DNA of 64,000 nt, taken from positions 399,032,001 through 399,096,000 of the forward strand of contig OZ024740.1 in assembly GCA_964016885.1 (NCBI GenBank). The letters run 5' to 3'. The translations under genes were made by a program, and so were the position numbers. This DNA is from Eledone cirrhosa. Taxonomy: Eukaryota. Within the stretch, counting starts at the first letter, position 1. The number at the start of each line of letters is the position of its first letter. The notes under the pieces were generated by a model. The model saw only the letters and a list, made by a program, of their open reading frames with translations. It ran no database searches and had not been told where the DNA came from. This document shows positions 11,816 to 24,273 of this stretch, one piece after another.

Positions 11816-12004
11816 AATTGTTTCTACTTTAGGCACAAGGCCAGTAATTACCCAGTGCATTACTGGTACTTTTATTTTATCGACCCCGTAAGGATGAAAG
11901 GCAAAGTCAACCTCGGCGGGATTTGAACTCAGATCGTAAAGGGACGTAACTATGCTGGAAAGCATGGCGTCCGACCCTCTACCGATACTGCCAATCCACC
12001 GCCC
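11816..12004 (-). mobile_element. SINE family S1, full length
   Basis: A-box-like GGATTGGCAGTATCGG, B-box and core; 18-bp TSD TTTCAATACTGCAATAAT (11801-11818 / 12005-12022). Confidence 0.92.
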
Positions 12005-12284
12005 TTTCAATACTGCAATAATGCTATTTATATATATGTGCCTATTTTGAACATTTGGTTTGTCAAGATTTTGACAGGCATGCCAAGCAGATTTGAATCC
12101 AGAACTTGTTAGTTCATTGGCTAGAATTCTGTGACCAAGTCATGACATTGGTAAAACTTCTTTGAAAAATAAAGTTGATGTTTTTCATTTGTTTACTTTT
12201 CTTGTATGACAAAAACTTTCTGTGAAATCTAATTTTAACTTATCGAAATGCGTGGTGTCACCAAGGAAACAGCATTGATCAATA

Positions 12285-12580
12285 AAAGGCACCCAATACA
12301 TTCTGTAAGTGGTAGTGTTGGTGCCATGATAAATTACACCCAATACATTCTGTAAGTGGTAGTGTTGGTGCCATGGTAAATTACACCCAATACATTCTGT
12401 AAGTGGTAGTGTTGGTGCCATGGTAAATTACACCCAGTACATTCTGTAAGTGGTAGTGTTGGTGTCATGGTAAATTACACCCAGTACATTCTGTAAGTGG
12501 TAGTGTTGGTGTCATGGTAAAATGCATCCAGTATACTCTGTAAAGTGGTTGGCATTATGAAAGGCATCCAGCTGCAGAAA
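12285..12580 (+). repeat. 47-bp tandem repeat (~5.5 units) related to the RTE 3' UTR unit, followed by the GGCATCCAGCTG module
   Basis: Unit AAATTACACCCAATACATTCTGTAAGTGGTAGTGTTGGTGCCATGGT with period 47 (12331 to 12378). Confidence 0.9.
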
Positions 12581-12999
12581 GCATGCCAAAAAATTGAAGG
12601 ATGATGATGGTGGTGATGCAAAAGAGGAGGATAGGAGTATAAAATAGTTATTTCAATGCCTGCTTGACATTGCTTTCAGTGAAGGGTCATTTTAATAAAT
12701 TCCTGTCATTGCTTTTATCACTCTCATTTATCTTTTTCTAATTTTACCACTTGGCTTTCACTGATAATTTCACACACTCATACACACGTGTGTCATAGCA
12801 AAATGTATATACAGAATTTTCTACTCACAATATCTTGTTATACATACACAAAAGCAACTGTATCTCACAGACATACATAAGGTTATATATATATATATAC
12901 ACACACATCGTTTTTGTATTTGTTTTTTTATGTGAAAACATTTGTTGAAACTGATATTGTTATACTTTGGGAGGATCATGCTGCCAATGTAAAACACAG

Positions 13000-13039
13000 G
13001 CATCTGTTCAGAGTGTAGATATCTACACTGAACAGATGC
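13000..13039. repeat. Near-perfect 40-bp palindrome
   Basis: GCATCTGTTCA-GA-GTGTAGAT|ATCTACAC-TGAACAGATGC. Confidence 0.85.
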
Positions 13040-13344
13040 AATGTTCCGACAGATTACAGAAGCAACAAATATAAATGAACTGCGACCAAAATTAAATAGA
13101 AAGCATTAATGGAATAATAACAACCTCACAACATAGTGACTAAGTACAATATAAAGACACACAAGAACAAATCTAATAAGATACAAAGGCAAGAATCAGG
13201 ATAACAACTAACTAGTGACAAGTAGAAAAAGAAAAAGAAAAAAGAAACGAAAATCACACCTAGATGTAACACATAAAGACACAATGGTGTAAAAGAGAAA
13301 AAAGAGGAGACATAAAGAAACAAAAGTAGTGACTGAAGAGGTCA

Positions 13345-15080
13345 CAGTGTAGACTGGGTATTTTATCACCATGACTCCTACTCAACCACTTTACAGTGTA
13401 GACTGGGTGCTTTTTGTCATGTCACCTACAGGTCCATTTTACAGTGTGGGCTGGGTGCTTTTTGTCATGACACCTACAGGTCCATTTTACAGTGTAGGCT
13501 GGGTGCTTTTTGTCGTGTCACCAACAGGACCACTTTACAGTGTGGGCTGGGTGCTTTTTGTCATGTCACCTACAGGTTCATTTTACAGTATGGGCTGGGT
13601 GCTTTTTGTCGTGTCACCTACAGGACCACTTTACAGTGTGGGCTGGGTGCTTTTTATCATAACACCTACAGGACCACTTTACAGTGTAGGCTGGGTGCTT
13701 TTTGTCATGACACCTACAGGACCATTTTACAGTGTGGGCTGGGTGCTTTTTGTCGTGTCACCTACAGGACCACTTTACAGTGTGGGCTGGGTGCTTTTTG
13801 TCATGACACCTACAGGTCCACTTTACAGTGTAGGCTGGGTGCTTTTTGTCATGACACCTACAGGTCCACTTTACAGTGTAGGCTGGGTGCTTTTTGTCAT
13901 GACACCTACAGGTCCACTTTACAGTGTGGGCTGGGTGCTTTTTGTCATGTCACCTACAGGTCCATTTTTCAGTATGGGCTGGGTGCTTTTTGTCGTGTCA
14001 CCTACAGGACCACTTTACAGTGTGGGCTGGGTGCTTTTTGTCATGACACCTACAGGACCATTTTACAGTATGGGCTGGGTGCTTTTTGTCATGACACCTA
14101 CAGGTCCACTTTACAGTGTAGACTGGGTGCTTTTTGTCATGATACCTACAGGTCCACTTTACAGTGTGGGCTGGGTGCTTTTTGTCGTGTCACCTACAGG
14201 ACCATTTTACAGTGTGGGCTGGGTGCTTTTTGTCATGACACCTACAGGACCATTTTACAGTATGGGCTGGGTGCTTTTTGTCATGACACCTACAGGACCA
14301 CTTTACAGTGTGGACTGGGTGCTTTTTGTCGTGTCACCTACAGGACCATTTTACAGTGTGGGCTGGGTGCTTTTTGTCATGACACCTACAGGACCATTTT
14401 ACAGTATGGGCTGGGTGCTTTTTGTCATGACACCTACAGGACCACTTTACAGTGTGGACTGGGTGCTTTTTGTCGTGTCACCTACAGGACCATTTTACAG
14501 TGTGGGCTGGGTGCTTTTTGTCGTGTCACCAACAGGACCACTTTACAGTATGGACTGGGTGCTTTTTGTCGTGTCACCTACAGGACCATTTTACAGTGTG
14601 GGCTGGGTGCTTTTTGTCGTGTCACCAACAGGACCACTTTACAGTGTGGGCTGGGTGCTTTTTGTCATGACACCTACAGGACCATTTTACAGTATGGGCT
14701 GGGTGCTTTTTGTCATGACACCTACAGGTCCACTTTACAGTGTGGACTGGGTGCTTTTTGTCATGTCACCAACATGACAATTTTACAGTGTGGGCTGGGT
14801 GCTTTTTTTGTCATGTCACCAACATGACCACCTTACTGTGTGGGTTGGGTGCTTTTTGTCATGACACCTACAGGACCACTTTATTGTGTGGGCTGAGCAC
14901 ATTTTTTCATGTCACCAACATGACCACTTTACAGTGTGGGCTGTGTGCTTTTTGTCATGACACCTACAGGCCCACTTAACTGTGTGGGCTGTGTGCTTGT
15001 TGTCATGACACCTACAGGTCCACTTAACTGTGTGGGCTGGGTGCTTTTTGTCGTGACACCTACACACCCACTTTAGTGTG
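13345..15080 (-). repeat. 48-bp minisatellite (~36 units) amplified from the RTE 3' UTR unit
   Basis: Unit TTTACAGTGTGGGCTGGGTGCTTTTTGTCATGACACCTACAGGACCAC. Homologous to 53462-53545 in the family A 3' UTR and contiguous with the minus-strand RTE at 15080-15615. Confidence 0.93.
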
Positions 15081-15615
15081 GATTGGAAGATTGGGGAGGT
15101 AAATCTAGGGGTGGAGTGTTAGGACATGGATGGGGTGATTACAACATGGGAGGAGTGATGGGAGGGAAGGTGGTGCATACTAGATGTATGCTTCAGTCCC
15201 TGCATATGGGAAGGTGGGTCTTCTGAATTACTGCATATCACCAGAGATCATGGTCTTTGAGAGTTGCAATGGTGCAAGGTCAGCTTTTATCACCTCATTC
15301 CAAGTCTTTGGGGGGGGGGGGGTATTCCCATACCATAGCTTCCATCAACTTTGAGCACTCTGCACATTTTTATACAGCTGTCATCCTTCATGCGCATCAT
15401 ATGTCCATACCAACGCAATTTCTTCTCCTGCACACTGCATCTAATCCCTCTTATTCTCAATTTCTCTCTCAGTTCATTTATGCTTTGTTGTTCATGTATT
15501 TGGTGTTCACTATTACACATCCATCGAAGCATGGAAGCTTCATCTCTGCACACAGTGCCCAGATCTTATTGCCATGCAACATTGCTGTTCGTATACATGC
15601 ATCATACAATCTCTT
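15080..15615 (-). mobile_element. Diverged RTE LINE 3' fragment
   Basis: ORF 15290-15553 reads EASMLRWMCNS...KLRWYGHMMRMKDDSCIK. Confidence 0.88.
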
Positions 15616-15959
15616 ATGTGCAACTTATATTTTGTTTGTACAACAATCCCTGAAGTCACTGCAATTTATGCATATCTTTTCTGATACAGAAAACACTGTT
15701 TACATCTTCATCTGCAGAAATGGCATCCACTCAGTCAGCATTTTCGTTTTGGACTCATGCTCCTACCTTATGATTTGTGCTCCTTGGAACCTAGATTCTT
15801 TCACAACTTACAATTGCACATGTTGTCAGTCCACTCCTGTTGGAAATTAAACATCTCAGAGATTTAGTAATGGTTCCAACAAATATCATCTCATATGAAA
15901 CAATGAAAAAGAGCTAATTAAATGCACTTCTGTTTCACAGTAGAAAAGAAGTTTCACAA

Positions 15960-16300
15960 ACTTTTCATCACTGAAAAGCTTGTTGATAAACAAAAACTCC
16001 CAATTAACTTCTTTGATGAATGAATCATCTCTTGGGGGCAATTCGGGTAGAGGTAAGTATCCTATTATCTGCTCTGGTGCCAGGTAGCAAGAGACCTACA
16101 GTAATTCTTCTGCAGGCTGTTGGCTATTCTCCAATTGCCACATTCAATGAGAAATCTATTCCACTTGATCCCAGTCTTTGCAGAGTGTTTCAATAGGATT
16201 TTGTCATTACTAAATTGCCAACTCCAAGTGCTTTTTTTAAACATCATTTTGGGCTTTTAGTGGATATAAAAAACACACAAGACTTGTTGATTCTACAAGT
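15960..16300 (+). pseudogene. Fossil Gypsy-type aspartic protease region
   Basis: Manual translation gives ..VEVSIL..LLQAVGYSPIATFNEKSIPLDPSLCRVFQ*DFVITKLPTP..FGLLVDIKN. This resembles the retropepsin pattern LxAANxSxIxTxG..LDLGL.R.F.W.F....P.LGADFL..F.LLVD, with stops and frameshifts. Confidence 0.55.
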
Positions 16301-16549
16301 CATGTTGTGTGTAGTGTCTGTACTTGGGCATCTTCTATTAGCTCTTTTTCTTGAAATTGCTTTCTTCAAGCAGAGACAACACTGTTCTTTTTGAGTACTT
16401 TGGTATCACTCAACCTGTGTTTAACAATATTGTCATTGACTAACTACTGTTTTTTTCAAAACCTCAATGACTGGCTCATATATGTGTTAAGATTGCTATG
16501 GCTAAGATTGGTCATATGCTAGAAATTAGCACCATTCACCCATCTAGCT

Positions 16550-16800
16550 CTACCACCTTACAGAGTGCACAGGGTGCATTTTATTATGACTCCTGCACTA
16601 TCACTTTACAAAGTGTTCTTGGTGCATTTTATTGTGGCACCTGCATGACCACTTACATAATATACTGGATGCATTTTATTGTGGACCCAGCATTACTACT
16701 TACAAAATGTATTGCATATATCATGGCCCAAGCACTACCGCTTACAGAGTGTACTGGGTGCATTTTATCATAGCACCAGCACTACCACTTTACAAATACC
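16550..16800 (-). repeat. Degenerate array of the ~47-bp RTE-UTR-like unit (similar at ~24700-24815 and ~60630-60850)
   Basis: Recurrent CACTTTACAGAGTG..GGGTGCATTTTAT..TGGCACCAGCACTAC. Confidence 0.7.
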
Positions 16801-18172
16801 ACACTCTTTCACTGAGAAATATTTGTTGGAATATTTGAAATATTTGTTTGATTCGTAACAAGTGTTACGAATCATTTTTTATTATATGTAATTGTTATAC
16901 TTATTACATAAACATTGGGTTTACTACACATTTATTTTGTGTTAAGATTTATGTCTAAGAGTTAAACTAATGTAGATTATTGTCAGTGAGCTATATTAAG
17001 TCTCTCATGTTTCCAATGAAATCTATTAATCTCGTTTGTTTTTCTGTCAATCATTTAATGTTTTGTTTTATTATTTATTGTAGTAACTTTTCAATTTAGT
17101 AAAAACAAAATAGACTATGAATGACAAATTTTATCGCCCTTCTTTATTGCCTCTCCTTAACCTACTTAGTGGTGACAAAGTTTTATCTTCGTACACTGAT
17201 AAACTAACAGCCTAACAACTCAAGTATAACGAAAATATCAACAAAACAAACTAACATATAACGTCATCTGTCTGGTAGACAATTAAGCAGGTGAAGATTA
17301 TATTTAATGAAATTATTCTTTTTTTAATGCATACATACTTGAGTATATTTCCAGTTTTTTTTAGTGTTTTTACCATTACGTTTTAACCTACATAACTGTT
17401 ATTATAACTGTCACAACAATATTCCACTCCCTGATAGCTTAATCAATTTGTCAATGCTACCAATGATTCCCCTGTAGTTCTATTGCACTCTCGCCCCGCC
17501 TACAAATATGTGTTCACAGCATTTGGTTCTATGATCCAACAGTTCTGCTCTCTAGAGCTTGACTGTCGGATAGTTTAAGATTCATTGATTGTTGTATGAG
17601 ATGGAATGGAGATGCCCTGACACACGCACACACGCTCACTCACTCACTCTCCTCGACCACTCCTCTCTCACACATGCATGCAACTACATAACTACTACTC
17701 TGCCACTTCGCAACTTCCTCTATTGTGTCCACTCTCCTATGCAGTATGGAAAGAGTAAACTGCTCTCATTCCACGAGGATTGTGTCTAAAATGCTGGCGC
17801 CTCTCCCCACAATGGCATACCAACTAAAGCAAGTTCACAAACACACACTTGATTCTTTTTTCACACATGAATGGCACGAACATGATTTTTTTAGCTCTCC
17901 CAAGGACTTACATTCCTTTCTGCATATGCTGCAACGGAATAATAAAAAAAAAAGTCTTTTCGTGGCTACGTAAAAGATGTTTAGCTCAAGCGATGTCTGT
18001 GCTTGAAGCTTTTTGCATGGACCAATCACGCTCTCTGAACAATGGTGTTAGGTATCTAGAAAGAATATATATATAAAGGGAAAAAATGAAACGAAATTTC
18101 TCACTCTTAGTACGGCTGTTATACATACTTATATATATATATATATATATATATATACTTATATGTGTGCGA

Positions 18173-18217
<45 letters not shown>

Positions 18218-19084
18218 TTGATGAATAGAAAATGAAGAAACTTATTTGATTGTTCGACTAGAAATAGCAGTCAAGTCTTCTCCCAGAGTGCAACCCACTG
18301 GGTAATGTAGTTCAAGATTGAAGATAGGCAATACCGGAGAGAACATGCCTTTCATCCTAACAAGTCTGCTAAGTCAGGGATGGAGTTAAACAACACCAAC
18401 TCACTAATACTAATCATTTTGTGATTAAGTGAGGGTAAGGGTTTTGTTGTGGTTACAATAATTACTTAAGCCATAACTGTAAAAAAGATGTCTTTTAAAA
18501 TAAATATTGTAGTTCACCAATTGTATTTAAGTGACACTTTAAAACTATTTTTGACATCAAATTCATAGCTTGAACAGTTCTTACTATGTACAAACGTACA
18601 AAACATATGCAACTCCATAATGTTATAAGCATAACAATGATATTACAGCCCACGTAGATACAATGTGTAGATTTTGACCAGTTGCATTTACATATTGATT
18701 TATAATTTATGCATAAGGCCAGCAAATTTGTGAGTAGGGAAAAGTTGACCTCAGCAGGATTTGAACTCAGAATGTTAAGAGTCAGAATAAATACTACAAT
18801 TTCATTTCATCTGACACTCTACCAATTCTGCCAATCCACCAAATACATCTTTGCAGTTGTGCAGCCCCTACATAGTGATGCCATACTTCTCATTAAGTTG
18901 CTGTAAAGTTTAACATAATTTAGATGCGTTGTCAATGTGAGAGATATTGGAAACTGAATATTGGCAGCAGCAGTAGTTATAGAAATTGATGATATCGTCC
19001 TGTTAAAAACAATACTACTACAAGGGATCACATAAACAGGTAGCAGCTTTCCAGGAGAAGTTGGTGATGTTGGCACAATGCTAA

Positions 19085-19405
19085 TCATCATCATCATCAT
19101 TTTACGTCTGTTTTTCGCTGCTTGCAAGGGTGGGATGCATCCTCTTTAGCACAACATCTCTCCATTTGTCATGATCCTTCTTCATCTCCTCTGTGAACTT
19201 CATCGATCTGAAGCCAGCTCTCATCACCCCTGCCAATGTTTTCTGTTGTCTTCCTTCCACTGGGATTACTTGGCACTTCTTCACCCAGCAGTCATCATCC
19301 ATACGCATCACATGGCCACAGCAACGTAGTCTTCTCCTCTGCACACTACAATTTATTCCTCTTATACAGTTTCTCTCTCAACTCGTCCATGCTTGGTTGT
19401 TCACG
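19085..19405 (-). mobile_element. RTE LINE family C, 3' fragment with very short 3' UTR and (GAT)n tail
   Basis: ORF 19102-19344 reads QRRRLRCCGHVMRMDDDCWVKKC...DKWRDVVLKRMHPTLAS. Terminus CCCACCCTTGCAAGCAGCGAAAAACAGACGTAAAA(TGA)n. Confidence 0.85.
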
Positions 19406-19434
19406 CACATTAACATTATTATAATTAATAAAAA

Positions 19435-19630
19435 GGGCGGTGGATTGGCAGTATCGGTAGAGGGTAGGACGCCATGCTTTGCAACAAAGAGTTACAGCCC
19501 TTTATGGTCTGAGTTCAAATCCCGCTGAGGTTAACTTTGCCTTTCATCCTTATGGGGTCGATAAAATAAAGTACCAGTAATACACTGGGATAATTGCTGG
19601 CTTTGTACCAAAAGTAGGAACAATTATTAT
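19435..19630 (+). mobile_element. SINE family S1, full length
   Basis: GGGCGGTGGATTGGCAGTATCGG...GTTCAAATCCCG...AAGTAGGAACAATTATT. Confidence 0.9.
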
Positions 19631-20504
19631 TAATAGATGAGCATAGGAGCTATTTGTTCAATTGATGCTGAACTTTTTCATTTTGTTATTTCGTTCTTGT
19701 AATGAACCAATTGTTTAGCCTTGTACAAAGAGCTTACTGCTACTCTGAATTATTTGCTAAGTAATTTCTCAGCTAGGGAAAACTAAGCATGCACCATATG
19801 AACTGTGATGATTGAAAAGAATCTTCAACAATTTTAATGCAGACTTTAGTGTTTGTATAGTTTTTCTGTTGCCCCATGAAATTTTGGAATGTAAGTAGAA
19901 CTTTCAATTGCAACAAAGCCAATTTAACCAGTCTTTTAATTGGGTGATTTCTGTTCCAGTGTCAGCAGTACTGTAAATAGAATGCCAAATTTTAAGTAGA
20001 CAGTACTTTAAGTTTTGAGATATTCTATTGGAACATAAAAAAGGCTTTAATTCAAGTAGTGGCTGAGTTGACTATAATCAACATATTCCCAGTATTTTGT
20101 TTGTATCTCCAGTCCATATGAAATCATTCTGTGGTTATGATTCAGGCTACTTCTCAGTACAAAGGGTGCCTTTGATTAATGTGACAAATTTTCTAGTATC
20201 TTTTTCAAAATTAGGTCAAACACAAGTTTTTTCGGTGTTTGCTGAACATCCATTTGTGTGTTATGAACTGTAAAAAGAACTTTTACACAATAAAGTCCAG
20301 GAATAATTAGCCTATTTTTCTTTTATAAAAGATAAGACTATTCTCTACAGTAAGTTCAATCTTCTTTTTTTGCTTAATGCTCAGCTAAAACACTTGGATA
20401 CCTACTTTTACCACAGACTTTTATCCTGTAAGTAAAAAAAAGGTAGTAGCCATAATAGAATTTTAAATAAATGCGCCGGACACCATACTTTGCAGCATAA
20501 TGGT

Positions 20505-20934
20505 CTGAGTTCAAATCCCACCTTTACGAGATGGATAAAATAAAGTACCAGTAATGCACTGGGGTTGATTTAAACGACTTTCCCCATCCCCAAAATTATT
20601 GACCTTGTGCCTAAATCAGAAACCATTATTTTACTTTAACTTTGCCTTTCATCCTTACGGGGTCGATAAAATAAAGTACCAGTAATGCACTGGATAATTG
20701 CTGGCCTTGTGCCTAACGTAGAAACAATTATTTTACTTATAATGGTGGTGGATTGGCAGTATCGGTAGAGGGTCAGACGCCATGCTTTCTAGCATAGTTA
20801 TATCCCTTTATGATCTGAGTTCAAATCCCGCCGAGGTTAACTTTGCCTTTCATCCTTACGGGGTTGATAAAATAAAGTACCAGTTATGTACTAGGTATTT
20901 TGCTGGCCTTGTGCCAAAAAGTAGAAACAATTAT
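20505..20934 (+). mobile_element. Cluster of three S1-related SINE copies (20505-20630 variant, 20636-20731 partial, 20744-20934 full)
   Basis: Repeated S1 cores; the last copy is flanked by duplicated TTATTTTACTTATAATGGT. Confidence 0.85.
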
Positions 20935-21214
20935 TTTACTTATAATGGTATATTGTTAATTTATATGATTGTATATTAATATGCCTTAAGTGAGGATAAT
21001 TAAGATAGCAGACATTATTTATTAATGAAATCCCTGTTGCTGATGACCAACAGCAAGTTTTGTAATATTTGCTTCTAACAGTGATTAAAAAATAAATAAA
21101 TAAAAGTTCATAAATCTCTATGCTGCATTACTTCCATTTGGTATATATTCTTGGTTAAAATTTAGGTTATTGCACTAGATATGATGGAAAAACAATTTAA
21201 AAAATAGCTTGGCT

Positions 21215-24200
21215 TCATTCCACAATAAAGACAAATTTCATACTGCACTGTCTTCAATATTCTACAATAAAGACAAATTTCATACTGCACTGTCTTCAAC
21301 ATTCCACAATAAAGACAATTTCATACTGCACTGTCTTCAACATTCCACAATAAAGACAAATTTCATACTGCACTGTCTTCAACATTCCACAATAAAGACA
21401 AATTTCATACTGCACTGTCTTCAACATTCCACAATAAAGACAATTTCATACTGCACTGTCTTCAACATTCTACAATAAAGAAAAATTTCATACTGCACTG
21501 TCTTCAACATTCTACAATAAAGACAAATTTCATACTGCACTGTCTTCAACATTCCACAATAAAGACAAATTTCATACTGCACTGTCTTCAACATTCCACA
21601 ATAAAGACAAATTTCATACTGCACTGTCTTCAACATTCCACAATAAAGACAAATTTCATACTGCACTGTCTTCAACATTCCACAATAAAGACAAATTTCA
21701 TACTGCACTGTCTTCAACATTCCACAATAAAGACAAATTTCATACTGCACTGTCTTCAACATTCCACAATAAAGACAAATTTCATACTGCACTGTCTTCA
21801 ACATTCCACAATAAAGACAAATTTCATACTGCACTGTCTTCAACATTCCACAATAAAGACAAATTTCATACTGCACTGTCTTCAACATTCCACAATAAAG
21901 ACAAATTTCATACTGCACTGTCTTCAACATTCCACAATAAAGACAAATTTCATACTGCACTGTCTTCAACATTCCACAATAAAGACAAATTTCATACTGC
22001 ACTGTCTTCAACATTCCACAATAAAGACAAATTTCATACTGCACTGTCTTCAACATTCCACAATAAAGACAAATTTCATACTGCACTGTCTTCAACATTC
22101 CACAATAAAGACAAATTTCATACTGCACTGTCTTCAACATTCCACAATAAAGACAAATTTCATACTGCACTGTCTTCAACATTCCACAATAAAGACAAAT
22201 TTCATACTGCACTGTCTTCAACATTCCACAATAAAGACAAATTTCATACTGCACTGTCTTCAACATTCCACAATAAAGACAAATTTCATACTGCACTGTC
22301 TTCAACATTCCACAATAAAGACAAATTTCATACTGCACTGTCTTCAACATTCCACAATAAAGACAAATTTCATACTGCACTGTCTTCAACATTCCACAAT
22401 AAAGACAAATTTCATACTGCACTGTCTTCAACATTCCACAATAAAGACAAATTTCATACTGCACTGTCTTCAACATTCCACAATAAAGACAAATTTCATA
22501 CTGCACTGTCTTCAACATTCCACAATAAAGACAAATTTCATACTGCACTGTCTTCAACATTCCACAATAAAGACAAATTTCATACTGCACTGTCTTCAAC
22601 ATTCCACAATAAAGACAAATTTCATACTGCACTGTCTTCAACATTCCACAATAAAGACAATTTCATACTGCACTGTCTTCAACATTCCACAATAAAGACA
22701 AATTTCATACTGCACTGTCTTCAACATTCCACAATAAAGACAAATTTCATACTGCACTGTCTTCAACATTCCACAATAAAGACAATTTCATACTGCACTG
22801 TCTTCAACATTCCACAATAAAGACAAATTTCATACTGCACTGTCTTCAACATTCCACAATAAAGACAAATTTCATACTGCACTGTCTTCAACATTCCACA
22901 ATAAAGACAATTTCATACTGCACTGTCTTCAACATTCCACAATAAAGACAAATTTCATACTGCACTGTCTTCAACATTCCACAATAAAGACAAATTTCAT
23001 ACTGCACTGTCTTCAACATTCCACAATAAAGACAAATTTCATACTGCACTGTCTTCAACATTCCACAATAAAGACAAATTTCATACTGCACTGTCTTCAA
23101 CATTCCACAATAAAGACAATTTCATACTGCACTGTCTTCAACATTCCACAATAAAGACAATTTCATACTGCACTGTCTTCAACATTCCACAATAAAGACA
23201 AATTTCATACTGCACTGTCTTCAACATTCCACAATAAAGACAAATTTCATACTGCACTGTCTTCAACATTCCACAATAAAGACAAATTTCATACTGCACT
23301 GTCTTCAACATTCCACAATAAAGACAAATTTCATACTGCACTGTCTTCAACATTCCACAATAAAGACAAATTTCATACTGCACTGTCTTCAACATTCCAC
23401 AATAAAGACAATTTCATACTGCACTGTCTTCAACATTCCACAATAAAGACAAATTTCATACTGCACTGTCTTCAACATTCCACAATAAAGACAAATTTCA
23501 TACTGCACTGTCTTCAACATTCCACAATAAAGACAATTTCATACTGCACTGTCTTCAACATTCCACAATAAAGACAAATTTCATACTGCACTGTCTTCAA
23601 CATTCCACAATAAAGACAAATTTCATACTGCACTGTCTTCAACATTCTACAATAAAGACAATTTCATACTGCACTGTCTTCAACATTCCACAATAAAGAC
23701 AATTTCATACTGCACTGTCTTCAACATTCTACAATAAAGACAAATTTCATACTGCACTGTCTTCAACATTCCACAATAAAGACAAATTTCATACTGCACT
23801 GTCTTCAACATTCCACAATAAAGACAAATTTCATACTGCACTGTCTTCAACATTCTACAATAAAGACAATTTCATACTGCACTGTCTTCAACATTCCACA
23901 ATAAAGACAATTTCATACTGCACTGTCTTCAACATTCTACAATAAAGACAAATTTCATACTGCACTGTCTTCAACATTCCACAATAAAGACAAATTTCAT
24001 ACTGCACTGTCTTCAACATTCCACAATAAAGACAAATTTCATACTGCACTGTCTTCAACATTCTACAATAAAGACAATTTCATACTGCACTGTCTTCAAC
24101 ATTCCACAATAAAGACAATTTCATACTGCACTGTCTTCAACATTCTACAATAAAGACAAATTTCATACTGCACTGTCTTCAACATTCCACAATAAAGACA

Positions 24201-24273
24201 AATTTCATACTGCACTGTCTTCAACATTCCACAATAAAGACAATTTCATACTGCACTGTCTTCAACATTCCAC
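21215..24273. repeat. 42-bp satellite, ~73 copies
   Basis: Unit TTCAACATTCCACAATAAAGACAAATTTCATACTGCACTGTC. The centre is invariant; 41-bp and C>T variants lie toward the edges. Confidence 0.98.

Noticed and set aside
13371-14777. 468-aa hydrophobic repeat ORF as a membrane-protein gene
   Set aside because: Antisense reading of a 48-bp LINE-UTR-derived satellite, with no unique domain or gene structure. Kept only as a finding.
17835-18029. CSICRKECKSLGELKK zinc-finger-like peptide as a host C2H2 gene exon
   Set aside because: His ligands are degenerate and it resembles the RTE C-terminal fingers; too short to call.
19640-20330. Possible decayed DNA transposase or exon on the minus strand
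   Set aside because: No continuous frame or convincing motif.
21421-23395. MLKTVQYEICLYCG repeat ORFs, or a CRISPR-like array
   Set aside because: Head-to-tail satellite with no unique spacers and no cas genes. The frame is broken by 41-bp variants.
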